Virus record (IMG/VR): IMGVR_UViG_3300031647_000001
DNA from: a virus
Length of the DNA: 64,000 nt
Direction: 5' to 3' (one strand)
Shown here: in pieces, positions 36,877 to 45,801 of the stretch
Layout: each line of letters begins with the position of its first letter
How positions within the stretch are numbered: the stretch's first letter is position 1
Notes under the pieces: generated by a model
Databases searched by the model: none
The model's input: only the letters and a program-made list of their open reading frames with translations
Told to the model about the DNA's origin: nothing
Position numbers and translations under genes: made by a program

Positions 36877-37120
36877 TGTAGATCTAAGACCGCGTAAACC
36901 AAATCCTAAGGATAAAAGACCTCAGAAGGAAATGCCCTTTGATGTTGGTTTACGCAAATTTAAGAAAGCTTGTGAGAGAGCTGGAATCGTGCAGGAGGTT
37001 CGTAGGAAAGAATTCTATGAAAAGCCAACTGCTAAAAGAAAGAGAAAAAAGGCTGAAGCAATTGCTCGTACTCGCAAGCAAGAAAGAGCAGCAAAATTAA
37101 GACCGAACAGGTGGAGATAA
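36869..37120 (+). CDS. rpsU: Ribosomal protein bS21 with N-terminal extension
   Basis: [32 protein letters not shown] matches S21; likely TTG start after AGGAG. Confidence 0.92.
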   Translation: MPSVDLRPRKPNPKDKRPQKEMPFDVGLRKFKKACERAGIVQEVRRKEFYEKPTAKRKRKKAEAIARTRKQERAAKLRPNRWR

Positions 37121-37124
37121 TATT

Positions 37125-38189
37125 ATGGGTATAATGGATAAACTTAAAAAGAATTCCAAAATTAAAACAACAGCTATATTGCAAGAGAGTATATTCTTTC
37201 AAAAGCAAGATACAGTTAAAACTGAGGTGCCAATGATTAACGTTGCGCTATCAGGAGATGTTGATGGTGGAATGACAAGTGGATTGACAGTATTAGCTGG
37301 TCCTTCCAAACATTTTAAAACATCATTTGCATTACTTATGGCAAGTGCTTATTTAAAAGAACATGAGGATGCAGTATTGTTATTCTATGATTCAGAATTT
37401 GGTTCACCGCAATCATACTTCGAATCATTCGGTATCGATACTAGTAGAGTATTACATACTCCTATTACAGATGTCGAGCAATTGAAATTTGATCTTGTAG
37501 GTCAATTGGATAATATCGATCGTGGTGATAAAGTATGTATTGTTATTGATTCAATTGGTAACTTAGCTTCTAAGAAAGAATTAGAAGATGCACTGAATGA
37601 AAAAGGTGTAGCTGATATGTCAAGAGCAAAAGCTTTAAAAGGATTATTTAGAATGGTAACACCATATCTAACAATGAAAAACGTTCCTCTTTTAGCAGTT
37701 AACCATACCTACCAAGAAATTGGTCTGTTTCCTAAAGCAGTAGTTTCAGGTGGCACAGGTATATATTACTCAGCAGATAATATTTGGATTATTGGTAGAA
37801 GGCAAGAGAAAGTTGGAACTGAAATCAAAGGTTATCATTTTGTAATTAACGTAGAGAAATCTAGGTTTGTTAGAGAGAAATCAAAGATACCTATCTCAGT
37901 TACATGGGAAGGTGGAATTGAAACTTATTCTGGTTTGCTAGATGTCGCTCTTATTGGTAACTATGTTGCTAAGCCTTCCGTCGGTTGGTATTGTAGAGTT
38001 GATAAAGAAACTGGAGAGTTACTCGATCCTAAAGTAAGACAAAAAGGTACTCTTGAAAAAGAATTCTGGGACCCAATCTTTGAAGGTACCGACTTTAAGA
38101 AGTTCCTCAAAGGTCATTACCAAATAGGTCATAAGCCTTTACTAGAAGTTGCAACTGACTTATCATTGGATTCTGAAGATGCCGAATAG
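37125..38189 (+). CDS. uvsX: RecA-like recombinase
   Basis: GPSKHFKT, YDSEFG, DSIGNLASKKE, GGTG.YYSAD motifs. Confidence 0.96.
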   Translation: MGIMDKLKKNSKIKTTAILQESIFFQKQDTVKTEVPMINVALSGDVDGGMTSGLTVLAGPSKHFKTSFALLMASAYLKEHEDAVLLFYDSEFGSPQSYFESFGIDTSRVLHTPITDVEQLKFDLVGQLDNIDRGDKVCIVIDSIGNLASKKELEDALNEKGVADMSRAKALKGLFRMVTPYLTMKNVPLLAVNHTYQEIGLFPKAVVSGGTGIYYSADNIWIIGRRQEKVGTEIKGYHFVINVEKSRFVREKSKIPISVTWEGGIETYSGLLDVALIGNYVAKPSVGWYCRVDKETGELLDPKVRQKGTLEKEFWDPIFEGTDFKKFLKGHYQIGHKPLLEVATDLSLDSEDAE

Positions 38190-38529
38190 TGTTGTCGATA
38201 ATAATGACTTTAAATATATAGAATCAGAAGTCGAAGACTTTTATGGTATAGAACTTCTCACTCATTCGAAGTGGAAAGGAATCCAATACATATATGGCAA
38301 GGTGAATATAAATGAATCACCTGAACTTGGAACAGCCACGTTAGGATTTACCTATCAAGTTGTAGATTCTAAACAATTCGAAGAGGATGATTTAATAAAT
38401 GATATTAAATTTAAAAATTATCTGGGTGGTATATTACAACATATCATTACAGATTCACTAGATAATGGAGCAAAGATTGGAAATAACAAATCAAATACAA
38501 ACACACATACTCAATCATCTGATAAATGA
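38179..38529 (+). CDS. Conserved hypothetical protein between uvsX and gp41
   Basis: Coupled ORF with likely start ATG at 38179; gp40 position in T4. Confidence 0.6.
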   Translation: MPNSVVDNNDFKYIESEVEDFYGIELLTHSKWKGIQYIYGKVNINESPELGTATLGFTYQVVDSKQFEEDDLINDIKFKNYLGGILQHIITDSLDNGAKIGNNKSNTNTHTQSSDK

Positions 38530-39868
38530 TGAGGAGTATTGCCGTAGAGTAATACCTTTCCTAAAGAAAGAATATTTTGAACATGAACACAGGGTCGCAT
38601 TCGATCTTGTGGTTCAATTTGTTACTAAACATAACAAAATACCATCAGGCAAAATTCTAGAGTTAGAGCTTAAGAAAGTTCAAGCTCCTGATGATGTTCT
38701 AACAAGAACTCAAGAATTGATTGATGAAATGAAAGTAAGATCTGATCTTGATATAGATTATATTATAGCAGAATCTGAAAAGTGGTGTAAAGATAGAGCA
38801 GTATATAATGCTATAATGGAATCTATTAAAATCATTGATGGCAAAGATCCAGAGAAAGATGATGGTGCAATCCCTGAAATTCTTTCTAATGCATTGGGTG
38901 TTTCTTTCGATCCTAATATTGGCCATGATTATATCGATAACTCGGATGATCGTTTCCATTTTTATAATACGAAAGAAGAACGTATACCGTTTGATTTAGA
39001 TTACATGAATAAAATTACAAAGGGTGGCTTACCGAATAAGACCTTGAATATTGCAATGGCCGGCACAGGCGTAGGTAAGTCACTCTTCATGTGTCATTGT
39101 GCAGCAGCTAATCTTGAGCTAGGAAAGAATGTATTGTACATTACTATGGAAATGGCTGAAGAAAGAATTGCTGAACGTATTGATGCTAACCTTATGGATT
39201 TACCAATCCAACAATTAGAGACTCTTCCTAAGAATGTATTTGATTCTAAGATAGAAAAGATTGGTAAAGGCTCAATAGGTAAACTTATCATAAAGGAATA
39301 TCCTACAGGTGCAGCTCATACTGGACACTTTAGGGCATTACTTAATGAATTAAAACTTAAAAAGAATTTCAAACCGGATATCATATATCTAGATTATTTG
39401 AATATTTGTGCATCTTCTAGGGTGAAAGGCCTTGGTGGATCTATAAATACTTATTCCTACATTAAATCTATAGCAGAAGAGCTAAGAGGTTTAGCGGTGG
39501 AATTTAATCTTCCAATCATGAGCGCAACTCAAACAACGCGTGGTGGTTATGGTAATACTGATGTCGGACTGGAAGATACTTCGGAATCGTTCGGTTTACC
39601 CGCAACGGCTGATCTTATGTTTGCTCTCATATCAACTGAGGAACTAGAAGAATTAGGCCAAATGCTGGTAAAACAATTGAAGAATCGTTATAACGATCCA
39701 ACCAAATACAAAAGATTTGTAGTAGGTATTGATCGAGCAAGAATGAAACTTTACGATGTAGAAGAGTCGGCTCAAACTGATATTATGTCAGATATGGCTC
39801 CCGACAAACCAATCGCAACGTGGGGCGATAGAGAAAACAAAGACACGTTCGCGGAATTCAAAACATAA
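38465..39868 (+). CDS. gp41: Replicative DnaB-like helicase
   Basis: AGTGVGKSLFMC, YITMEM, IKEYPT, DYLNIC, SATQTTR, KQLKNRY. Confidence 0.97.
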   Translation: MEQRLEITNQIQTHILNHLINDEEYCRRVIPFLKKEYFEHEHRVAFDLVVQFVTKHNKIPSGKILELELKKVQAPDDVLTRTQELIDEMKVRSDLDIDYIIAESEKWCKDRAVYNAIMESIKIIDGKDPEKDDGAIPEILSNALGVSFDPNIGHDYIDNSDDRFHFYNTKEERIPFDLDYMNKITKGGLPNKTLNIAMAGTGVGKSLFMCHCAAANLELGKNVLYITMEMAEERIAERIDANLMDLPIQQLETLPKNVFDSKIEKIGKGSIGKLIIKEYPTGAAHTGHFRALLNELKLKKNFKPDIIYLDYLNICASSRVKGLGGSINTYSYIKSIAEELRGLAVEFNLPIMSATQTTRGGYGNTDVGLEDTSESFGLPATADLMFALISTEELEELGQMLVKQLKNRYNDPTKYKRFVVGIDRARMKLYDVEESAQTDIMSDMAPDKPIATWGDRENKDTFAEFKT

Positions 39869-39883
39869 ATGGAGAAAATATAT

Positions 39884-40060
39884 ATGTTAAATTCAATAAA
39901 AAACTGGGTAAAAAATAGATTGCCTGAAAGAACTTCACATGACGGAGTATTGCTTATTGTGATATGCGGTAGTGTGTTGCTTTTTGGTGGTGTAGCTAAA
40001 CTACTCGCATGGGTAGGAATAGGTTACGGTATCTATACTTTAGTCAGAGAGGAAGCGTAA
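39884..40060 (+). CDS. Small membrane protein
   Basis: ERTS.DG..LI pattern with two hydrophobic helices. Confidence 0.6.
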   Translation: MLNSIKNWVKNRLPERTSHDGVLLIVICGSVLLFGGVAKLLAWVGIGYGIYTLVREEA

Positions 40061-40677
40061 TGAGTTATTTAAAATCATTAGGAATGGCAACATTATTAAT
40101 TCCATCATTTTCATTTGCAGACGTAAGTGGTAGTGTAGGATATAGTAGTGATTACATGTGGAGAGGGGCAACTCAATCCAATGGCCAATCTAGCTTTAAC
40201 GCCAATCTTGAAGTAGAATCCAACGGTTTCTTTGCAGGTGCATGGACTGGACAAGTTGACTTCGGAGACGATGCATCTTGGGAAAGGAATCTATATTTAG
40301 GATATGGCTTTAGCGTTAGTGATAACTTAAGCGTCAAAGCGGGTATTAATCAAATACGTTATGACGGTGGTGGAAGAGGCGTGAAAGAAGAAGGATTTGT
40401 TAAAGTAAATTACAAAAACTTAAACGTCATGTATTTTCTAGACACCGAAAATGAAGATGATTACGCGCATATCAGCTATGACATATCGGACTTTGTTCCA
40501 GTAGTAGATGTAGCTCTTGGTTATGGTTACCATGACGAAGAAAATGATTTCTCGACAATGACCGTATCATATGATCTAAACGATGAATTCGAACTTAGCA
40601 TGATGGTAATGCTTGACATGGCTTTCGAAAATCAGTTTAGTGATTCTGTATCTCTCGGTTTACATTATAATTTTTAA
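40060..40677 (+). CDS. TorF/Gcw_chp-like outer-membrane beta-barrel (putative porin)
   Basis: Signal peptide ending SFSFA, SDYMWRG.TQS motif, amphipathic strands, C-terminal YNF. Confidence 0.8.
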   Translation: MSYLKSLGMATLLIPSFSFADVSGSVGYSSDYMWRGATQSNGQSSFNANLEVESNGFFAGAWTGQVDFGDDASWERNLYLGYGFSVSDNLSVKAGINQIRYDGGGRGVKEEGFVKVNYKNLNVMYFLDTENEDDYAHISYDISDFVPVVDVALGYGYHDEENDFSTMTVSYDLNDEFELSMMVMLDMAFENQFSDSVSLGLHYNF

Positions 40678-40695
40678 GAAAAGGACTAATATATA

Positions 40696-41352
40696 ATGAT
40701 GGATGTGAAACTCATATCATATTCACAACCAGCTGTAGACTTCGATATACCAAACGATGTTCTACAGTTGGTTGCCTATTGCGCTAGGGTATCAAACCCA
40801 GACAATCAGAATAATGAAAAAACAGCAGAAGGTCTAGTTAAGTATTTAATGAAGCACAAACATTGGTCACCATTAGAAATGGTATCTGTTTGTATGGAGA
40901 TTAATTGCCCTAGAGACATTGCTAGACAAATACTTCGGCATCGTTCATTCTCTTTTCAAGAGTTTAGTCAACGATACGCCGACCCAACAAAAGACTTAAA
41001 GTTCACTACGAGAGCAGCAAGGATGCAAGATCCTAGTAACCGTCAGAATTCTATTGAATTACCAGAAGACGATACTATTAACTACATCTGGGAATCATAT
41101 CAAGAAACAATAATCGAAAGATGTAAGAAAGCATATGATTGGGCTATCGAAGCTGGCATAGCAAAAGAACAAGCCCGTGCAGTATTGCCTGAGGGTTTAA
41201 CTATGTCACGTATGTATGTTAATGGAACGCTAAGAAGCTGGATTCATTACATAGAACTAAGAGGATCTCATGGTACTCAAGAAGAACACATAGAAATAGC
41301 CAAAGCCTGTGGCAAGGTAATTGACACCATATTCACTCCCTTATCTAAATAA
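40696..41352 (+). CDS. thyX: Flavin-dependent thymidylate synthase
   Basis: ARVSNP, HWSPLEM, RHRSFSFQEFSQRY, EQARAVLP, NGTLRSWIHY. Confidence 0.96.
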   Translation: MMDVKLISYSQPAVDFDIPNDVLQLVAYCARVSNPDNQNNEKTAEGLVKYLMKHKHWSPLEMVSVCMEINCPRDIARQILRHRSFSFQEFSQRYADPTKDLKFTTRAARMQDPSNRQNSIELPEDDTINYIWESYQETIIERCKKAYDWAIEAGIAKEQARAVLPEGLTMSRMYVNGTLRSWIHYIELRGSHGTQEEHIEIAKACGKVIDTIFTPLSK

Positions 41353-41375
41353 ACGAAAATAAACGTAAAAAAGGG

Positions 41376-41404
41376 TGTACATTACTAGTAAACTATGGTA
41401 TAAT
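41376..41404 (+). promoter_or_regulatory. Sigma70-like promoter
   Basis: TGTACA-N17-TATAAT, with downstream ATACCTATATT shared with the 18782 copy. Confidence 0.8.
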
Positions 41405-41434
41405 ATACCTATATTAGATAATAAAGGAGTTAAT

Positions 41435-41848
41435 ATGAAAAACGAAATAAATCAACTACTAGAAGCCATCGCCGATGACTATAGGACGTTTCAAACTAGA
41501 TCGAAAGTTGCCAATGGGTATACATACGATGTAGAAGAAAACGTAGCTGAATTCAAAGAAGCACTTACCGTGAAGGAAGGTTCTAAATACATTAGAATCG
41601 ATACTAAAGGTTCAGTGTGGGGATTCATAAACAAAGGTAACGACAAATTTAAAGTTGGCGATATCTTAAAACCAGCTGGATATAGAGCTCCAGCGCTTAA
41701 CAAGGCAAGAGGAAACATCCTTGATAAGTACACGGTATCTTGGACAGGACCACACTATCTTGCTGGTTACTCAGCAGGTGGAACGAGAGATATGGATCTC
41801 TTAAGTGGCAACTCTAAAGTTATCACAGTTGAAGGAGTATCAGTATAA
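41435..41848 (+). CDS. Hypothetical early protein
   Basis: RBS AAGGAG; GKKY-like, GDILKPAG..APA...ARGNI motif common in phage ORFs. Confidence 0.7.
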   Translation: MKNEINQLLEAIADDYRTFQTRSKVANGYTYDVEENVAEFKEALTVKEGSKYIRIDTKGSVWGFINKGNDKFKVGDILKPAGYRAPALNKARGNILDKYTVSWTGPHYLAGYSAGGTRDMDLLSGNSKVITVEGVSV

Positions 41849-42135
41849 TGAATACTCCCGGAATCCAATACGATATGTTTAGTGATACGTTTACTGCAAG
41901 GTTCGAGCACATAGCAACAACCTACCCAGTATACTTATATCTAAATGAAAATGAGTTTAAGCTCATGACAGTCAAAGAGAACATGGATGCTAAGTTCGAC
42001 CAAGCATTACAGTCACTTTGGTTAAGAGGCATTATCCCTCAAACTGGCGGTTCAGTTAATGAAGATATTGCCGACTTTCAAGAGAATCACTTCCTTGAAG
42101 GTGTATACAAAAATGAACAATTAAGGAGTCACTAA
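41848..42135 (+). CDS. Hypothetical protein
   Basis: Coupled ORF (TAATG overlap). Confidence 0.55.
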   Translation: MNTPGIQYDMFSDTFTARFEHIATTYPVYLYLNENEFKLMTVKENMDAKFDQALQSLWLRGIIPQTGGSVNEDIADFQENHFLEGVYKNEQLRSH

Positions 42136-42575
42136 TGACACAAGCACAATTAAAGCAAACGCAATCAGCTATCCTAGTTGACATGGATGGAACGTTGTGC
42201 CATAGAGAAGGATTCACCGATAGAGATCCGTATGATTACACTAGATCTGGTGAAGATGGATTAGACCCAACGGTTGCAGATATCGTTCAAAGATTTTCTG
42301 CTGACCATACTATTATCATCTTTACAGCAAGACCTGCTGCAGCTGAATTCATTTGCAGAACATGGTTGAAAGAACATGGTGTTACATTCGACGCTATCTT
42401 CCTCAGGAAAGACAAAGACTTTAGAGAAGATTCAATCGTTAAATGGGAAATGTTTCAAGAACATGTTGAGCCATTCTACAAAGTTGCATTCGTCTTAGAT
42501 GACAGGCAACAAGTTGTAGACATGTGGAGAGCAAACGGATTAAAGACATTACAGGTTGCGTCCGGTGATTTTTAA
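42135..42575 (+). CDS. HAD phosphatase resembling the T4 PseT/Pnk 3'-phosphatase domain (no kinase domain)
   Basis: DMDGT, TARP, R..KD.R.D..VK and DDRQQVVDMWR motifs. Confidence 0.85.
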   Translation: MTQAQLKQTQSAILVDMDGTLCHREGFTDRDPYDYTRSGEDGLDPTVADIVQRFSADHTIIIFTARPAAAEFICRTWLKEHGVTFDAIFLRKDKDFREDSIVKWEMFQEHVEPFYKVAFVLDDRQQVVDMWRANGLKTLQVASGDF

Positions 42576-42711
42576 AGTCACAGCAATAAAGGAAGGCAAT
42601 ATCGTATCAGAATATCTATATGAATTAGAAGAAACTGCTACGGTATTTGCCGTTCGTATGAGAGAAAAAGGTTATCAAATCAAGATTGAAAAGATAGCAT
42701 CTCATGATTGA
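42565..42711 (+). CDS. Hypothetical protein, 48 aa
   Basis: Manual read from GTG: MIFKVTAIKEG...IASHD. Confidence 0.45.
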   Translation: MIFKVTAIKEGNIVSEYLYELEETATVFAVRMREKGYQIKIEKIASHD

Positions 42712-42883
42712 AACTATAATTGGAATTATATGTGTCATAGGCGTAGGCTGGACTTCTTATAAAATAGGAAGGCGTGAAGGCGCTCAGCATTGCTTAGACA
42801 TACTACATGACAAACGGATTATCAGCTATGATAGTGATGGACAAATAGTTCCTAACCCATTCTTCATCCCAGAAGAGAATTAA
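42704..42883 (+). CDS. Small protein with N-terminal TM, 59 aa
   Basis: Manual read: MIETIIGIICVIGVGWTSYKIGRREG... Confidence 0.5.
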   Translation: MIETIIGIICVIGVGWTSYKIGRREGAQHCLDILHDKRIISYDSDGQIVPNPFFIPEEN

Positions 42884-42888
42884 AATTG

Positions 42889-42950
42889 TATAAATAGATA
42901 TACAGTAAACTAAGAAAAGCCTTTACATTGGCTAAAAAGTATGGTATAAT
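42889..42950 (+). promoter_or_regulatory. Tandem late (TATAAATA 42889-42896) and sigma70-like (TTTACA-N17-TATAAT 42922-42950) promoters
   Basis: Both motifs lie in the gap upstream of ORF 42957. Confidence 0.7.
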
Positions 42951-42956
42951 CTATTT

Positions 42957-44408
42957 ATGTTAAAATTTTCTACATTCAAAAAATTAAACGAAGACATTAG
43001 TGCATTAAAGTATGCAGGTGACGACGCTGAATTTGCGATAAAACTAATCTCAGAGATTGATGATCAAATAGGAAGTATCGATAGCGAGATTGAATTAGAT
43101 GGAAGGTCTGGAAAAAATAGCGGTGCCAAGCTTGGCATATCTCAATTAATGATTGACAACCAACGTGGTAAGTTCTCTTCATTAGCAAACTCAATCATCG
43201 ACAAAAGCCCAGAATTAGAAAGAAAAAATACAGCTCCTGGAAGAGAAGAAAAAGATTACGCATTTAAACATGTGGATATGACCAAATATATCTATGTTAA
43301 TCTTAGACCAACAGGAAAACGATCTGCGGCTGGCGATGATCCTAACGAACTAATGACAGCAGCGTTATGTTTACTACCTAAACTTAAAGTACCTACTAAC
43401 TCAGATGAGATGGATATTCTTATCGATATTGTATCAGGTAGTTTAAAGAAAGTAAAAGGTTATAAACAAGGTCAAGTCGATTCTTTAAAAGAAGATTATC
43501 CGAATCTTTGTATGGCAGTTTCAGCTGCAATATCAATACACGAAGCTGGTTATGGTAATGCTGATATGGTATATCTTACAGGCCAAGCATGGGACGACGA
43601 TGTTAAACAGTTCCAAATATCTAAATATGGAATGGCTGATTTTAACTCTTCAGATTTCATAATTAAAAAAGGTAAGAACTACCTTGGTGTATCTCTTAAG
43701 AAGAAAACACGATTAAGTTCATCTGACCCAACTCTAATTAATAAATCATTCGCTACATTATTCCAAGATAAGAAATTTGATTCAATGATTAAAGCTTTAG
43801 AATTAAAAGCTGGTATGTTTTACTTAAGAGTTATTGCTAAGGCCAAAAAAGACGGCGGGTTATCTGCAGATATGTTGACCATGATGGCAAAGAAAAGACC
43901 TAGCACAACCAATTGGAAAATGTATGTACAAAGAATTGATAACAAATTTATTAATTCAGAGTTAAAAGGATCTAAGTCTTTATTCAAAGCAATGTCTGAT
44001 ATCATTATTACGAATAAAATGCAGATTGCTAATCAATTAGTACAACTAATATTTAAAGCAGATCTAAAAGAATTAAAGAAAGTCAACTTTGATTTTACGC
44101 TTGTTACTGGCATAGGAGATTATGGACCAAAAAAAGGTGTAGTAGTTGAGAAGGGTGAATACAAAGACATCGATACTGTAACAACTAAACTAGATGAACT
44201 ATTTAGTACAGGCAAAGTCGATATAAGATTAACACCAGGAAAGAAACAAGCATTCGAAGTTGGTGCTGGAGCAGCAATGTTATTCTTTGACTTAATGATT
44301 GGTGACATACCAGTATGTAATATTACATTAAGATACAAAGGAAACTTCAGATCAGCGCCATCGTTTATGGCACAAATGACACCAGAATTTAAAAAATTAT
44401 ACAAATAG
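42957..44408 (+). CDS. Large hypothetical protein with restriction-endonuclease-like motifs and capsid-targeting-like leader
   Basis: N-terminus MLKFSTFKKLNE; NE.M..A, SD.II.......GVSLKK resembles a PD-(D/E)xK variant. Confidence 0.55.
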   Translation: MLKFSTFKKLNEDISALKYAGDDAEFAIKLISEIDDQIGSIDSEIELDGRSGKNSGAKLGISQLMIDNQRGKFSSLANSIIDKSPELERKNTAPGREEKDYAFKHVDMTKYIYVNLRPTGKRSAAGDDPNELMTAALCLLPKLKVPTNSDEMDILIDIVSGSLKKVKGYKQGQVDSLKEDYPNLCMAVSAAISIHEAGYGNADMVYLTGQAWDDDVKQFQISKYGMADFNSSDFIIKKGKNYLGVSLKKKTRLSSSDPTLINKSFATLFQDKKFDSMIKALELKAGMFYLRVIAKAKKDGGLSADMLTMMAKKRPSTTNWKMYVQRIDNKFINSELKGSKSLFKAMSDIIITNKMQIANQLVQLIFKADLKELKKVNFDFTLVTGIGDYGPKKGVVVEKGEYKDIDTVTTKLDELFSTGKVDIRLTPGKKQAFEVGAGAAMLFFDLMIGDIPVCNITLRYKGNFRSAPSFMAQMTPEFKKLYK

Positions 44409-44416
44409 GAACTAAC

Positions 44417-44683
44417 ATGGTATATGCAGAATATAAAACATTAGAAGAAGCCTCAAGAGAACTAGGCACTACGGAACTGGAAGAAGCTCCATTAGTAATG
44501 GCTGAAAGAGATATTATGGATACTGTATTAAACGCAATTAAAAAAGAGTTTGATAAACAGGCTAACAAAAGTCCAGAAAAAGCTTTAGCAATGCTTCAGC
44601 AATTAGGCAAAATCGTTGGGTATGGTATTACTAAGTCGAATCAATCTAAAGGTAAAGCTTTTAGATATGATCTTAAAAAATAA
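44417..44683 (+). CDS. Hypothetical protein
   Basis: RBS AGGA; in-operon ORF with LEE|A motifs. Confidence 0.6.
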   Translation: MVYAEYKTLEEASRELGTTELEEAPLVMAERDIMDTVLNAIKKEFDKQANKSPEKALAMLQQLGKIVGYGITKSNQSKGKAFRYDLKK

Positions 44684-45036
44684 TGAAAACATTTAAGAAT
44701 TTTATCTTAGAAGCAGGCCCAGGATTATGGGCCAACATCCGTGCTAAGAAAGCGCGTGGTGAGAAGATGAGAAAGAAGGGAGCGAAAGGTGCTCCTACTA
44801 AAGCTGCTATGAAGTCAGCTCAAGAAGATAAAGGAAGTAGCGAATCTTGGGAAGCAGGATTTCAAAGACGTGTAATAAAAACTACTAAGCCAGAACATTT
44901 AGAAAAAGGTTATAAGTATAGAATTAAGGGTAAAGAAAAAGCTGAAATAACTATTAAGCTTTATAAAACAAAACCAGACTTTGCTGAATTTAAGAAGCAA
45001 ATGAAAAGAGTAGCTGGTCACGAATTCGGAGGATAA
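44683..45036 (+). CDS. Basic hypothetical protein with IP-like leader
   Basis: MKTFKNFILEA start; GLWANIRAKKARGEKMRKKG. Confidence 0.7.
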   Translation: MKTFKNFILEAGPGLWANIRAKKARGEKMRKKGAKGAPTKAAMKSAQEDKGSSESWEAGFQRRVIKTTKPEHLEKGYKYRIKGKEKAEITIKLYKTKPDFAEFKKQMKRVAGHEFGG

Positions 45037-45037
45037 C

Positions 45038-45472
45038 GTGGATATTAAACAAAGAAATAAAATTGTACGTTCATTTAACAGTAAATGGAAATATAGAAAA
45101 GACAAAGATCAATATGGTATGGCAGATGCTTGGAAAATTATTTACTCAGCTAATGCCGAAGGTAAATTCGTAGGTGACTGCGAGGACTACTCATTATCAA
45201 TCTTATATAGATTGTGTGGCGAAAGTCATATAAAAATGTGGTGGATGTTAATCACTCATCAAGCTGGTATATGTTTAGTTGGTCCTTCTAAATGGAAATC
45301 ATCACACGCAGTATTAAGATATAAAGGTGAATACGTAGACAACTGGACTAAGAAGTTTGGTCCTAAATCTGAAATTGAAAAGAACCATACTTTTCATTTT
45401 ATATTTGGCCACGGTTTAGCTTATCAAGCTGCTCTTAAAATGATTATAAGCAAAGTATGGAGAAGCTTATAA
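45038..45472 (+). CDS. Transglutaminase-like cysteine peptidase (BTLCP-like)
   Basis: GDCEDY catalytic motif, HAVL, DN. Confidence 0.7.
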   Translation: MDIKQRNKIVRSFNSKWKYRKDKDQYGMADAWKIIYSANAEGKFVGDCEDYSLSILYRLCGESHIKMWWMLITHQAGICLVGPSKWKSSHAVLRYKGEYVDNWTKKFGPKSEIEKNHTFHFIFGHGLAYQAALKMIISKVWRSL

Positions 45473-45801
45473 TGAAATCACTAGTGCAGTACTGCTGTGA
45501 ATCATGCCACGATGTTGTGATAGAAGCTTCCGAGTATCAAGGGAAAAAGGTTAAGCTTAATGATCCTATTAGAACATCAGAAAATAAGAATAAGAAATTC
45601 AAAGTGTATGTTAAAAATGACAAAGGAACTGTAGTAGTGGTCAGATTTGGCGATCCTAAGATGGGAATTAATCGTGATGACCCAAAAGCAAGAGCTTCGT
45701 TTCGTGCAAGACATGGATGCGATAAAGATCCTGGACCGAAATGGAAAGCTAAATATTGGAGCTGTTTTCAATGGCGCGCTGGCGCTAAGGTAGATAATTA
45801 A
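45472..45801 (+). CDS. Conserved viral hypothetical protein
   Basis: KKFKVYV, VRFGDP.M, RASFRARH.C and KYWSC pattern. Confidence 0.65.
   Translation: MKSLVQYCCESCHDVVIEASEYQGKKVKLNDPIRTSENKNKKFKVYVKNDKGTVVVVRFGDPKMGINRDDPKARASFRARHGCDKDPGPKWKAKYWSCFQWRAGAKVDN

Noticed and set aside
16364-41420. Recurrent ~40-60-bp intergenic repeats as a possible CRISPR-like array
   Set aside because: They are dispersed, not regularly spaced, and each is explained as a promoter.
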